Source of the DNA: Thermoanaerobaculia bacterium
GTDB taxonomy: Bacteria > Acidobacteriota > Thermoanaerobaculia > Gp7-AA8
Direction of reading: 5' to 3'
DNA length: 64,000 bases
NCBI GenBank assembly: GCA_044866315.1
Contig: JBIOTX010000233.1
Location: forward strand, 3,444-67,443
Translations under genes and position numbers: made by a program
The notes under the pieces: model-generated
Databases searched by the model: none
The model's input: only the letters and a program-made list of their open reading frames with translations
What the model was told of the DNA's origin: nothing
In this document: positions 25,835-35,281 of the stretch, piece by piece
How the letters are laid out: the number at the start of each line of letters is the position of its first letter
Position numbering within the stretch: position 1 is the first letter of the stretch

Positions 25835-28800
25835 TCAGTTGCAGGGCTTCAAGACACCCTTCTTGGTCTTCATGCAGTTGAACGTCGCCGAGGCGCTGGC
25901 CGGTGTCGGGTCGAGCTGGTCGGCGGTGGCCGTGGCGGTATTGGTCAAGGCGCTGTAGTTCCCCGGCGTCTCCACGACGATGGTCATGGTCGCCGATCCG
26001 CCGCTGACGAGGGTCCCGATGCTGCAGACCACCGGATCGGTGCCGGTGCACGTGCCCTGGGTCGAGCTCGCCGAAACAAAGTCCGCGTCGTCGGGGAGAT
26101 CGTCGGTGACGACGACGCTGGTCGCGGCCAGCGGACCGTTGTTGGTGAGCACCAGCGTGTAGGTGACGTCGTCGTTCTGTCCGGGATTGGCCGGCGAGTA
26201 GTCCATCGACAGGTCGAGGTCGGCCGTGGTCTCGACGGTCCCGCCGTTGCCGGTGGCGTCGGTGTTGTTCGAGAGGTCGGGGTCGACGTCGCTCGAGCGG
26301 GGCGTCACCGTAGCCACGTTGTCGAACGTGCCGGGACCATCGATGGTCGCGGTGACGGTGATGGTCCGGTTCGAGGCCGGGGTGGGCGTGACGCCCGGAA
26401 TCAGCGTGCAGGGGAAGGCGGAGCAGCCGGCCCCGCTGACGCTGGTGATGGTCAGGTTGGTCGGAGTGTCGTTCACCACGGCGAAGAGGGCCACCCCGGG
26501 GCCGGCGTTCGAGACCACCAGCGTGTAGGTGATGGTCTGTCCCGGCACGTACGGACCGGCGGTATCGAGGGTCTTGGTGATGGCCAGATCCACGGAGTTG
26601 CTGGCCACGCCGCCGTTGCCGAAGGGATCGCTGTTGTTGGACGTGTCGGGATCGAACTCGTCCGCGTCGACGCTCGTGGAGTTGTCGAACGCTCCGGGGT
26701 TCTGGATCGTCGCCGAGTAGGTGATGGTGGCGCTGGCGCCGCTGGCCAGAGTGGGAATCGTGCAGGGGAAGGCCGTGCAGCCGGCGCCGCTGACACTGCC
26801 GCTGACGATGTTCACGCCGATGGGCGTGTCGGTGACGACGACGTTCGTCGCCGTGTCCGGGCCGTTGTTGGTCACCACGGTCTGGAACGAGACGGTCTGG
26901 CCCTGGATGTAGGGAGCGGCCGTGGTGATCGACTTGGCCACCGCGACGTCCGCACGCGGAGCGGTGGTGCCGCCGTTGCCGGTGTCATCGGTGTTGTTCG
27001 ACGAGTCGGGATCCGGCTCCGCCGCCGAGACGGTGACGCTGTTGTCGAAGTCCCCGATGGCATCGATCGTGGCCGTGACGATGATGTCCTGGGTGTTGTT
27101 GGGGTTCAGCGAGGCGAGGGTGCAGGGCAGGGCCGAGCAGCCGTCGCTCACGCCGGTGATGGTCAGGTTCGTCGGCAGGTCGGTCACCTGGATGTCGGTC
27201 GCCACCGACGGGCCGGCGTTGGAGACCTGGATCAGGTAGGTCACGGAATCGCCGGGCTGGAACGGACCGCCGCTCTGCAAGGTCTTGACGACCGAGACGT
27301 CCGCCGACGCCGCCACTCCGCCGGCGCTGGCGTTGTTGTTCGACAGATCGGGATCGTAGTCGCTGGAGCGCGGCGTCGCGGTGGCGCTGTTGTCGAACGG
27401 ACCGGCGGCATCGATGGTCGCGGTGACGGTGATGGTCCGGTTGGAAGACGGAGTCGGAGTGAGGCCCGGGACCAGCGTGCAGGGGAACGCGGAGCAGCCG
27501 GCGCCGCTGACGCTGGTGATGGTCAGGTTGGTCGGGTTGTCCGTCACCACCACGAACAACGCCACGCCCGGGCCGGTGTTGGAGACGACCAGGGTGTAGG
27601 TGACGGTCTGTCCGGGCGTGTACGGACCGGGGGTGTCGAGCGTCTTCGCGATCGCCACATCCACGGTGTTCTGGGCCACGCCGCCGTTGCCGAAGGGATC
27701 GCTGTTGTTGGACGTGTCGTGGTCGTACTCGTCCGCGTCGACGCTCGTGGAGTTGTCGAACGCGCCGGGGTTCTGGATCGTGCCCGAGTAGGTGATGGTG
27801 GCGCTGGCGCCGCTGGCCAGGCTGGGAATGGTGCAGGGGAAGGCCGTGCAGCCGGCGCCGCTGACGCTGCCGGCAACGAGGTTCACGCCGATGGGCGTGT
27901 CGGTGACGACGATGTTCGTGGCATCGGACGGGCCGTTGTTCGTCACCACGGTCTCGAACGAGACGGTGTCGCCCTGGTGGTAAGGCGTCGGCGTAGTGAT
28001 GGACTTGGCCACCGCCAGGTCGGCGCTGGTGGTGCCGCCGTTGCCGGTGTCGTCGGTGTTGTTCGAGGGGTCGTCGTCCACGTCGCTCGAGCGGGGCGTG
28101 GCCGTGGCGGCGTTGTCGAACGCACCGGAACTGTTGATGGTCGCGGTGACGGTGATGGTCCGGCTCGAGCCCGGGGTGAGGCCCGGAACCAGCGTGCAGG
28201 GGAACGCGGAGCAGCCGGAGCCGCTGACGCCGGTGATGGTCAGGTTCGTCGGCGTGTCGTCCACCACGGCGAAGAGGGCCACCCCGGGGCCGGCGTTCGA
28301 GACCACCAGCGTGTAGGTGATCGTCTGTCCCGGCGCATACGGTCCCGCGGTATCGAGGGTCTTGGTGATGGCCACGTCCACGGCGTTGCTGGCCACGCCG
28401 CCGTTGCCGAAGGGATCGCTGTTGTTGGACGTGTCGGGATCGAGCTCGTCCGCGTCGACGCTCGTGGAGTTGTCGAACGATCCGGGGTTGTTGATCGTCG
28501 CCGAGTAGGTGACGGTTTCGCTGGCGCCGCTGGCCAGAGTGGGAATCGTGCAGGGGAAGGCCGTGCAGCCGGCGCCGCTGACGCTGGTGATGGTCACGCC
28601 GATGGGGGTGTCGGTGACGACGATGTTCGTGGCCGTGGACGGGCCGTTGTTCGACACCACGGTCTGGAACTCGACGGTGTGTCCCTGTACATAGGGGCCC
28701 TCGGTGACGATCGACTTGACCACCGCGACGTCCGCGCTCGGAGCGGTGTCGCCGCCGTTGCCGGTGTCGTCGGTGTTGTTCGACAGGTCGGTATCCATCT

Positions 28801-29866
28801 CCGACGCCGAGACGATGACGCTGTTGTCGAAGGCCCCGGCGGAGTCGATCGTGGCCGTGACGATGATGTCCTGGGTGTTGTTGGGGTTCATCGAGGCGAT
28901 GGTGCAGGGCAGGGCCGAGCAGCCGTCGCTCACGCTGGTGATGGTCAGGTTCGTCGGCGTGTCGGTCACCTGAATGTTGGTCGCCACCGACGGGCCGGCG
29001 TTGGAGACCTGGATCAGGTAGGTCACGGAATCACCGGGCTGGAACGGACCGCCGCTCTGCAGCGACTTGACCACCGAGACGTCCGCCCCCGTGGCCTCGC
29101 CGCCGTTGCCGCTGCTGTCGGTGTTGTTGCTCTCGTCGGGATCCGGGCGGTCGTTGGTAACGGAGGCGGCGTTGTCGAACGCTCCCGCCGCATCGATGGT
29201 CGCGGTGACGGTAATGGTCGTGCTGTTGCCGGAGAGGAGGGCGAAGAAGCTGCACGGGAGCGCGGAGCAGCCCGCGCCGCTGACGCCCGTGATCGTCAGA
29301 TTCGTCGGCGTGTCGGTGACGACGACATTGATCGCGTGCGAGGGGCCGGCGTTGGCGATGGCCAGGGTGTATTGGATCGACTGGCCCGGCGTGTAGGGCC
29401 CGGCGGTGTCCAGGGTCTTGGTGATCGACAGGTCGGTGGAGTGCGTGGAGGTGCCGCCGTTGCCCGTGTCGTCGGTGTTGTTGGACGGGTCCGGGTCGGG
29501 CTCGTCGGCGAAGGCGCTGACGTGGTAGTCGAAGGCGCCGGTCACGGCGATCCGCGCCGTGACGTTGATGGTCGCGCTCGCGCCCGAGGCGAGGCTGGCG
29601 ATCATGCAAGGGAACGAGCTGCACGCGCCGGACACGCTGAGGGTGTTCAGGTTGAAAGTGTCACGGTCGACGTCGATGTTGGTGGCCGTCGACGGCCCGG
29701 CGTTGGACACCACGATCGTGTACTGGAGCTCATCGTTGAAGACGTACGGGCCGGGCGTGTCGAGGGTCATGTCGATCGACACGTCCGCGTCCGCGGCGGC
29801 CGGCGAGGCGATCAGGAAGAGGGCGGCAACGAAGAGCGCAAACGCACCGCGGGTGGCAGGATGCAT
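25835..29866 (-). CDS. secreted DUF11-type repeat protein (11 tandem units of about 119 aa)
   Basis: The start MHPATRGAFALFVAALFLIASPAAA is preceded by GGGAGGG. Each unit has the pattern K(T/S)L....GP(Y/F).PG..(V/I).Y.L.V.N.GPS.A.N..V.D.P.NL.I...SG.GC.A.PC. This is the conserved-repeat-domain (DUF11) pattern as I recall it. Confidence 0.85.
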   Translation of the reverse strand: MHPATRGAFALFVAALFLIASPAAADADVSIDMTLDTPGPYVFNDELQYTIVVSNAGPSTATNIDVDRDTFNLNTLSVSGACSSFPCMIASLASGASATINVTARIAVTGAFDYHVSAFADEPDPDPSNNTDDTGNGGTSTHSTDLSITKTLDTAGPYTPGQSIQYTLAIANAGPSHAINVVVTDTPTNLTITGVSGAGCSALPCSFFALLSGNSTTITVTATIDAAGAFDNAASVTNDRPDPDESNNTDSSGNGGEATGADVSVVKSLQSGGPFQPGDSVTYLIQVSNAGPSVATNIQVTDTPTNLTITSVSDGCSALPCTIASMNPNNTQDIIVTATIDSAGAFDNSVIVSASEMDTDLSNNTDDTGNGGDTAPSADVAVVKSIVTEGPYVQGHTVEFQTVVSNNGPSTATNIVVTDTPIGVTITSVSGAGCTAFPCTIPTLASGASETVTYSATINNPGSFDNSTSVDADELDPDTSNNSDPFGNGGVASNAVDVAITKTLDTAGPYAPGQTITYTLVVSNAGPGVALFAVVDDTPTNLTITGVSGSGCSAFPCTLVPGLTPGSSRTITVTATINSSGAFDNAATATPRSSDVDDDPSNNTDDTGNGGTTSADLAVAKSITTPTPYHQGDTVSFETVVTNNGPSDATNIVVTDTPIGVNLVAGSVSGAGCTAFPCTIPSLASGASATITYSGTIQNPGAFDNSTSVDADEYDHDTSNNSDPFGNGGVAQNTVDVAIAKTLDTPGPYTPGQTVTYTLVVSNTGPGVALFVVVTDNPTNLTITSVSGAGCSAFPCTLVPGLTPTPSSNRTITVTATIDAAGPFDNSATATPRSSDYDPDLSNNNASAGGVAASADVSVVKTLQSGGPFQPGDSVTYLIQVSNAGPSVATDIQVTDLPTNLTITGVSDGCSALPCTLASLNPNNTQDIIVTATIDAIGDFDNSVTVSAAEPDPDSSNNTDDTGNGGTTAPRADVAVAKSITTAAPYIQGQTVSFQTVVTNNGPDTATNVVVTDTPIGVNIVSGSVSGAGCTAFPCTIPTLASGASATITYSATIQNPGAFDNSTSVDADEFDPDTSNNSDPFGNGGVASNSVDLAITKTLDTAGPYVPGQTITYTLVVSNAGPGVALFAVVNDTPTNLTITSVSGAGCSAFPCTLIPGVTPTPASNRTITVTATIDGPGTFDNVATVTPRSSDVDPDLSNNTDATGNGGTVETTADLDLSMDYSPANPGQNDDVTYTLVLTNNGPLAATSVVVTDDLPDDADFVSASSTQGTCTGTDPVVCSIGTLVSGGSATMTIVVETPGNYSALTNTATATADQLDPTPASASATFNCMKTKKGVLKPCN

Positions 29867-30145
29867 GAGGTCCCTCCCGGTTGTAGCTCGAATTGTGGAT
29901 TGGCTGACCGAGGGGGATTTTGCCACGAAGTGCGTGTAAGGAACGTAAAAGTTGCCGGGTGGGCGGGCGGCGGGTGGGCCGAATCATTTAATCCGATCAT
30001 CGATCACTTTCAATCGTCCTCCGGATGAGATTGATCCCGGGCACTCGACAAAGAGCAGGGACATGACCGACCCTTGCACGGAGTCGTTCGTCGAGCAGCC
30101 CCGCGAGGGCGTGGCCGTGTACGACGAGGCCAGGAGACGAAACGG

Positions 30146-31087
30146 ATGGTGCACTGGCTCGCGAAAGCCATTCCGCAGGCGGTGCTCGCCGCAACCCCTG
30201 GCGGTGTCGCCGTAAACGAGCTTCTGCAGCGCGTCGTCGGCGGTCGGCGGCGTTCTCTCGTGGCGAAGAACGTCGAAGGGAAGCTCTCCGAGATCCGGTC
30301 AATGCTCGATGCGTTGCGAGCCTGCGGCTTCGACATCGGCGGAAAGCGCGTCCTGGAGCTGGGCACGGGCTGGGAACCGATCGCCGCGCTGTGCCTGGCC
30401 GCGGAAGGCGCTCGCGTCACGACGATGGATCTGACGCGGCACGTGAAGACCACCGAGGCGGTTCGGGAAAGCGTGCGCCGAGCAATCACCGGGATGTGCT
30501 TCCCGAATGAGGACACGGCTCCGCGCCACCGCGCACTCCGCCGCTTTGTTACCGGCGCAACGGATGTCGAAGGCCTGCTCGACTCCTTCGGTGTGCAGTA
30601 TCTCGCGCCGGTCCCCGACGACATGATTCTGTCGCTCCCGCCGCGCAGCTTCGACCTCGTGTTCTCCATCGCCGTGCTCGAGCACGTCCGGCCAGAGAAT
30701 CTCGAGACCATCATGCGCGGGCAGGAGCACGCACTCGCGCCGACCGGACTCGCCTACCACGACATCGGCCTCGGGGATCACTTCTACGACGTGGATCCGA
30801 CGACGTCGTTCGCGAACTTCCTCCGCTTCGATGACGGCAACCTCGTGTGGCGCGTGCTCGGGGAGAATCGTCTTGCGTACCACAACCGGTATCGGCGCAG
30901 CGACTTCGCTCGCCGGTTCGCCGAGCACGGCTGGCGTGAGGCATGGTCGCAGGCTGCTGTGGATCAGCGGTCGAAGGAGTTGATCGCGTCCGGCGAGCTG
31001 CGCCCCGCGGGGCGCTTCGCGAGCCTCGATATGGACGATCTCGCAACGTGGAGGCTTGCAGTGGTGCTGGAACGGGATCGCCGGTGA
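30146..31087 (+). CDS. class I SAM-dependent methyltransferase
   Basis: The start MVHWLAK has AGGAGA upstream. It has motif I (VLELGTGWEP), an acidic loop (VTTMDL) and FDLVFSIAVLEHV. Confidence 0.75.
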   Translation: MVHWLAKAIPQAVLAATPGGVAVNELLQRVVGGRRRSLVAKNVEGKLSEIRSMLDALRACGFDIGGKRVLELGTGWEPIAALCLAAEGARVTTMDLTRHVKTTEAVRESVRRAITGMCFPNEDTAPRHRALRRFVTGATDVEGLLDSFGVQYLAPVPDDMILSLPPRSFDLVFSIAVLEHVRPENLETIMRGQEHALAPTGLAYHDIGLGDHFYDVDPTTSFANFLRFDDGNLVWRVLGENRLAYHNRYRRSDFARRFAEHGWREAWSQAAVDQRSKELIASGELRPAGRFASLDMDDLATWRLAVVLERDRR

Positions 31088-31254
31088 GGAAATCCGATGC
31101 GCTTCCTTGACTGCCCCCCGTCGCCGCAAATTTTTTTGCGTGGGAGCGGCCCGCCCCTGAAATTTCTCTCGTTTCCCGACATGAAAGGGTGACCCGCGAA
31201 GGCGACGCCACGGCGCTCTGAGTCCCCATCACAACAAAAAGGAGAAGAACCATC

Positions 31255-32715
31255 ATGCGCAAACAACTGCTCCACGTGTGCGCGCTCGCGCTCGCACTCG
31301 TCGCCCTTCCGCTCTTTGGACAAGACCCGGCCGCCGCCCCGCCGAGCGAGGCGCTGCTCGAGGACGCCGCCGAATATGCCTCCCGGGTGGGCGTCAGCAT
31401 CGACGAGGCCGTGCGCCGCCTGCGCCTGCAGACGCAGATCGGCGATCTCGAAGCCGTTCTTCTGAATGAGGAGCCAGCGACGTACGCCGGGCTATGGATC
31501 GAAGACACACCTCACTATCGCGTGATCGCCCGCTTCACCGATCCGGCGGCCGCGGGGCGTCTGCGCGCCCGGGTTGCCGGAGGGGCGCTGGAGGAACTGA
31601 TCGAAACGCGCTCCGCGCGGTGGTCGCTGGCCGAGCTCGAAAAGCGGCAGGCCGAAAGCCGCGGAATCGCCCGCGGGGTGAAGATTCCGACGAACTCCAA
31701 GGTGAACGTCGCCGAGAACCGCGTGGAGCTGCATGTGCTCGACCCGGCGAAGTTCGGCAACGCCGTGGCCGCGGCCAAGGCGCGCATTCCGGAGGGAGTG
31801 GCCATCCAGCGAGTCTCCCGGCTGGCCGGGTCCGAGGCCCTGGTCGGCGGGACCTCTCTGACGACGTGCACCGCCGGGTTCACCGTGCAGGCCACGACCG
31901 GCGAGCTCGGAGTGTCGACCGCCGGTCACTGCCAGAACAACCAGTCCTTCCAGGTCCTCCCCCTCCAGTTCCTCTCCCTCCCCTTCCGTCGCGAGAAGGA
32001 CAGCGGGGAGTTCGACATCCAGTGGCACTCGGCCTGCGATCTGGTGCAGGTCACGAATCAGTTCCAGACCGGCCTCGGTCTCCGCTCCGTCGTCGGCACG
32101 CGCCACCGGAACAATCAGGCCGTCGGCACGTTCGTCTGCAAGTTCGGCGGCGTGACCGGCCGGACCTGCGGCTGGATCGACAGCACGAGCTACGATCCCA
32201 ATTTCTTCTCCAATCTCTTCGGTGGAAAGTACATCTACGTCGACGGCCGCGGCGCGGACCTGTCGTCGAACGGTGACAGCGGCGGCCCCTGGTACGTCGA
32301 GGACATCGCCTACGGCATCCACTCCGGCCACGGAGGCAACGACAAGAACGCGTACTACATGGCCATCAACTACATCTCCGCCGTGGGCGTGAGCGTGCTG
32401 ACGTCCAATCCCGGAGCGTGCAATTTCATCCCGATCGCAAACTTCGGCGCCCACGCCAGACTGGACGGCTTCGCCACCTTCAACGGCTCGACCAGCTCCG
32501 ACCCGGACGGTTTCATCGTCCGCTGGGAGTGGAACTTCGACGATGGCACGACGGCCGTCTCCACCACGCCGTCCATCACCCACGCCTATCCCCCGAACAG
32601 CGGGTCCTACATCGTCACCCTCACCGTGACCGACAACGAAGGCAAGCGAGGCTCGACGTCCAAGGAGGTTTGCGTTCCGACGATCGCGTGCAATGTCGTC
32701 GGGCCCACGCCGTGA
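31255..32715 (+). CDS. secreted S1-family (alpha-lytic/streptogrisin-like) serine protease with C-terminal PKD domain
   Basis: It has a signal peptide and a long pro-region. Catalytic motifs are STAGHC and GDSGGPWY. The C-terminal PKD-like segment is SSDPDGFIVRWEWNFDDGT...Y.VTLTVTDNEG. Confidence 0.85.
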   Translation: MRKQLLHVCALALALVALPLFGQDPAAAPPSEALLEDAAEYASRVGVSIDEAVRRLRLQTQIGDLEAVLLNEEPATYAGLWIEDTPHYRVIARFTDPAAAGRLRARVAGGALEELIETRSARWSLAELEKRQAESRGIARGVKIPTNSKVNVAENRVELHVLDPAKFGNAVAAAKARIPEGVAIQRVSRLAGSEALVGGTSLTTCTAGFTVQATTGELGVSTAGHCQNNQSFQVLPLQFLSLPFRREKDSGEFDIQWHSACDLVQVTNQFQTGLGLRSVVGTRHRNNQAVGTFVCKFGGVTGRTCGWIDSTSYDPNFFSNLFGGKYIYVDGRGADLSSNGDSGGPWYVEDIAYGIHSGHGGNDKNAYYMAINYISAVGVSVLTSNPGACNFIPIANFGAHARLDGFATFNGSTSSDPDGFIVRWEWNFDDGTTAVSTTPSITHAYPPNSGSYIVTLTVTDNEGKRGSTSKEVCVPTIACNVVGPTP

Positions 32716-32725
32716 GAGCATGACG

Positions 32726-32755
32726 CCAAGGGCGAGGCCGTGGCCTCGCCCTTGG
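32726..32755. terminator. stem-loop between convergent genes
   Basis: CCAAGGGCGAGGC-CGTG-GCCTCGCCCTTGG forms a perfect 13-bp stem. Confidence 0.7.
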
Positions 32756-32822
32756 CTCGCATGGTTCGTGGGAGGTGGAGGCTCACATCCGCGGCGAACA
32801 GTGATGATTCAATCCGGAGACC

Positions 32823-33227
32823 CTAGGCCTTCTTGTTCTTCTCGTCCCAGAGCATCGGCTCCCACAGCTCGACCTTGTTGCCATCGGGATCCATGATCCA
32901 CGCGAACTTGCCGTTCTCGTCGGAATCGGGCCCCTTGACGATCTCGACGCCGTTCCTCTGGAGCTGCGCGAGCAGCGCGGTCAGGTCGTCGACGCGGTAA
33001 TTGATCATGAAGCTGGACGTGCTCGGGCTGAACCACTTCGACTCGGGCTCGGCGACGTGCCAGACGGTGAGGCCGCCGTCCTCCGCCTGATCCTCCGGCC
33101 ACTTCAGGATCGCGCCGCCCCAATCTTCGAGTGCCAAGCCCAGATTGTCCCTGTACCAGGCAGCGAGGCGCTTGTGGTCCGACGTCGACTTGAAAAAAAC
33201 ACCGCCGATCCCTGTCACACGGGCCAT
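32823..33227 (-). CDS. VOC/glyoxalase-family protein
   Basis: 134 aa. GIGGVFFKS...YRVDDL...G.F.WIMDPDGNKVELWEP is typical of the VOC fold. Confidence 0.8.
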   Translation of the reverse strand: MARVTGIGGVFFKSTSDHKRLAAWYRDNLGLALEDWGGAILKWPEDQAEDGGLTVWHVAEPESKWFSPSTSSFMINYRVDDLTALLAQLQRNGVEIVKGPDSDENGKFAWIMDPDGNKVELWEPMLWDEKNKKA

Positions 33228-33251
33228 CCACTGCCTCCCTCATTCGCAACT

Positions 33252-33272
33252 TGGCGTCCCCAACGGGATTCG
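33252..33272 (-). repeat. exact 21-nt copy of the 3' end of tRNA-Glu (att-like direct repeat)
   Basis: TGGCGTCCCCAACGGGATTCG at 33252-33272 is identical to 37729-37749, which is the CCA end, acceptor stem and part of the T arm of the tRNA-Glu gene. The orientation is the same. An AT-rich patch follows immediately. Confidence 0.9.
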
Positions 33273-33417
33273 TATTCGTTCAACTCTCGATGACTCAGTA
33301 ACTTACAGAAAACACTATATTCTAAAAATGCTCCAACCGCCGAAATTGTCTGTCGGAGGTACATATCAGGTACAGGCGCTCGTCTGTGCGCGCCTCTGAG
33401 CTACCGCCAGGCGCGCC

Positions 33418-35180
33418 CTAACAAGGACCACCCGGGCAGTTCCAAAAGACCCGCAGCCGACCGTCGAAGCCGAAGGGGACATCGTCGGTGCGCATCTTCA
33501 TCTGACCAAACTTGTTGATGCTTGGTGTTCCCCTCGTCGCGGTGACCCGTACCCGGACAAACCAGGGTGAGGGGCGAAATGTGACTTGAACTGCTTCGCC
33601 GGTCTGATCGCCGGGCAGGCTGGCACCCAGTGTCGCCTGCGGTGAAGGACGAGGCGGCGGGTGAATGTCGAATTCCACCGCATCCGCAGGTGTGTCGCCG
33701 CCGGGGAAAAAGCGGAGACCGGTGTTCCCACCTCCGATCCCAGCAGCGATTCACGGCCGGTGTTTCTCGCATGGGCTTTCCAGCGGTCTTTGCGAGTGGG
33801 CGATTCATCGTCGACTGCGGGCACGGTCCGAAATTCAAAACCGAGATTCATCCGCCTTCCGTGGACAATGGTCGGATTGTGGGGCCGGAGCACGTCGCTG
33901 AAGAGCGTTCCGTCACCCGCCTGCCGCTCCACGTACAGCCGCGGGGGATCGCCACGGATCTCGAGCGTGGATGCGAGAGCGACACCGTTTCGGCGGAATC
34001 GCTGCCGATTCACCCAGAGATCGGCTTCCGTTGCGGGACGGCTATTGTGGGTCGCCGTTCGCACGGCGACATACACGGCCGTTTTCCAATTGCGGTCGGC
34101 TGCCAGCGCACGTGCGCGAATCCGTTCCACCTCATCGGGCGGCAATTCAGTCGCGCGACTTGCGACGAGAGCACTGGCGCGACGTGCGGCGCCCGCTGCG
34201 CGCCCCACCTCGCCAAGCGCGCTTTGCGCGCGCGCCACGCCGTCCCAGGCGAGAGCCTCTCCCGCAACGTTTCCTCGCGATGATGCTACGGCGAGTTGGA
34301 ACGTATCGCGGGCGCCTGCGCTGTCGAAGCGCGCAAGCCGCTCGGCGCCTTCACGGAACTGTCGGCGTGTCTCGGCATTGACCGACAGCATCTCGTGATA
34401 GACGGTGAGCTCGCTGCTGGGACGATTGGAGACGACCTCGCCCCACCGCCTGCTCACCTGCTGGATCGCGACGAGCAACAGCGCCACGGCCACCATCGCA
34501 GCGACGCGACGGTGACGGCGCAGGAACTTCCGGTGCGGTAGATTCGGTCGCCGCGCCGCGCTGCCACAGGCTCGCCGGCCAGAACGCGACGCAGATCGTC
34601 GGCCAGCGCCGCCGCTGACGCGTAGCGGGCCTCCGGTTTCCTGACATAGATGACGGCATCGAGCACCGACAGGAACAGCTCGAGCCGCGCACGAAGCGGT
34701 AACTGGCGCGAGCGGCAGTACTCGAGGATCGACTCTCCCTCGACGAGCTCCATGGCGCTGCTCTTCGCGTACGTGACGCAGCGAAGTAGCGTCGACGAAG
34801 CGATCGACAACTTTGAGCGCCACCACTCGTTTGAAGTCGGCGCGCTCCTGGTCGGCGAGATAGACGGTCGCGCTGCCGCCGCGGCCGATGCGCCAGGCAA
34901 GGCGGAAGCTCGGAATGTCGGGGACCGGAAGGTCGGGGACCGGAAGGTTGTCCGGATCGGGAAGCCACAGCGTGCCGTTATCGAGCGGGCTATCCGACCG
35001 CGCCGAATGCTCGAGCAGCGCGCGCAACTCCTCGGCAAGCTCGGGAGCATCAGCGGTGGAACGGGCGATCTCGGCCTCGCGCTCCCCGGCAGGCATTTCG
35101 GAGAGCCGATCGAAGAGCTCGCGCAAACGCTGGAAGGCCGGCTGCGGAGCGTCGGGTTGCGCCGTAGGAGGCTCGTTCAC
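33418..35180 (-). pseudogene. decayed Ser/Thr kinase gene (frameshifts plus internal deletions)
   Basis: One frame carries IGRGGSATVY and VALKVV. Another frame carries MELVEGESILEYC...LELFLSVLDAV, joined directly to KPEARYASAAALADDLRRVLAGEPV. There is no HRD, DFG or APE region. A TM segment and the extracytoplasmic part follow, and the 3' end reads best in a third frame (33418-33678). Confidence 0.6.
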
Positions 35181-35281
35181 CGCATGATCAGACGCTCTAG
35201 CGAAGAAATGGCCGCGATCGTGCCACGGCGCGGCGCCCGGACCGCGGCGCCGCTTGAATCCGCAGCTCGTGAATCTCGCAA

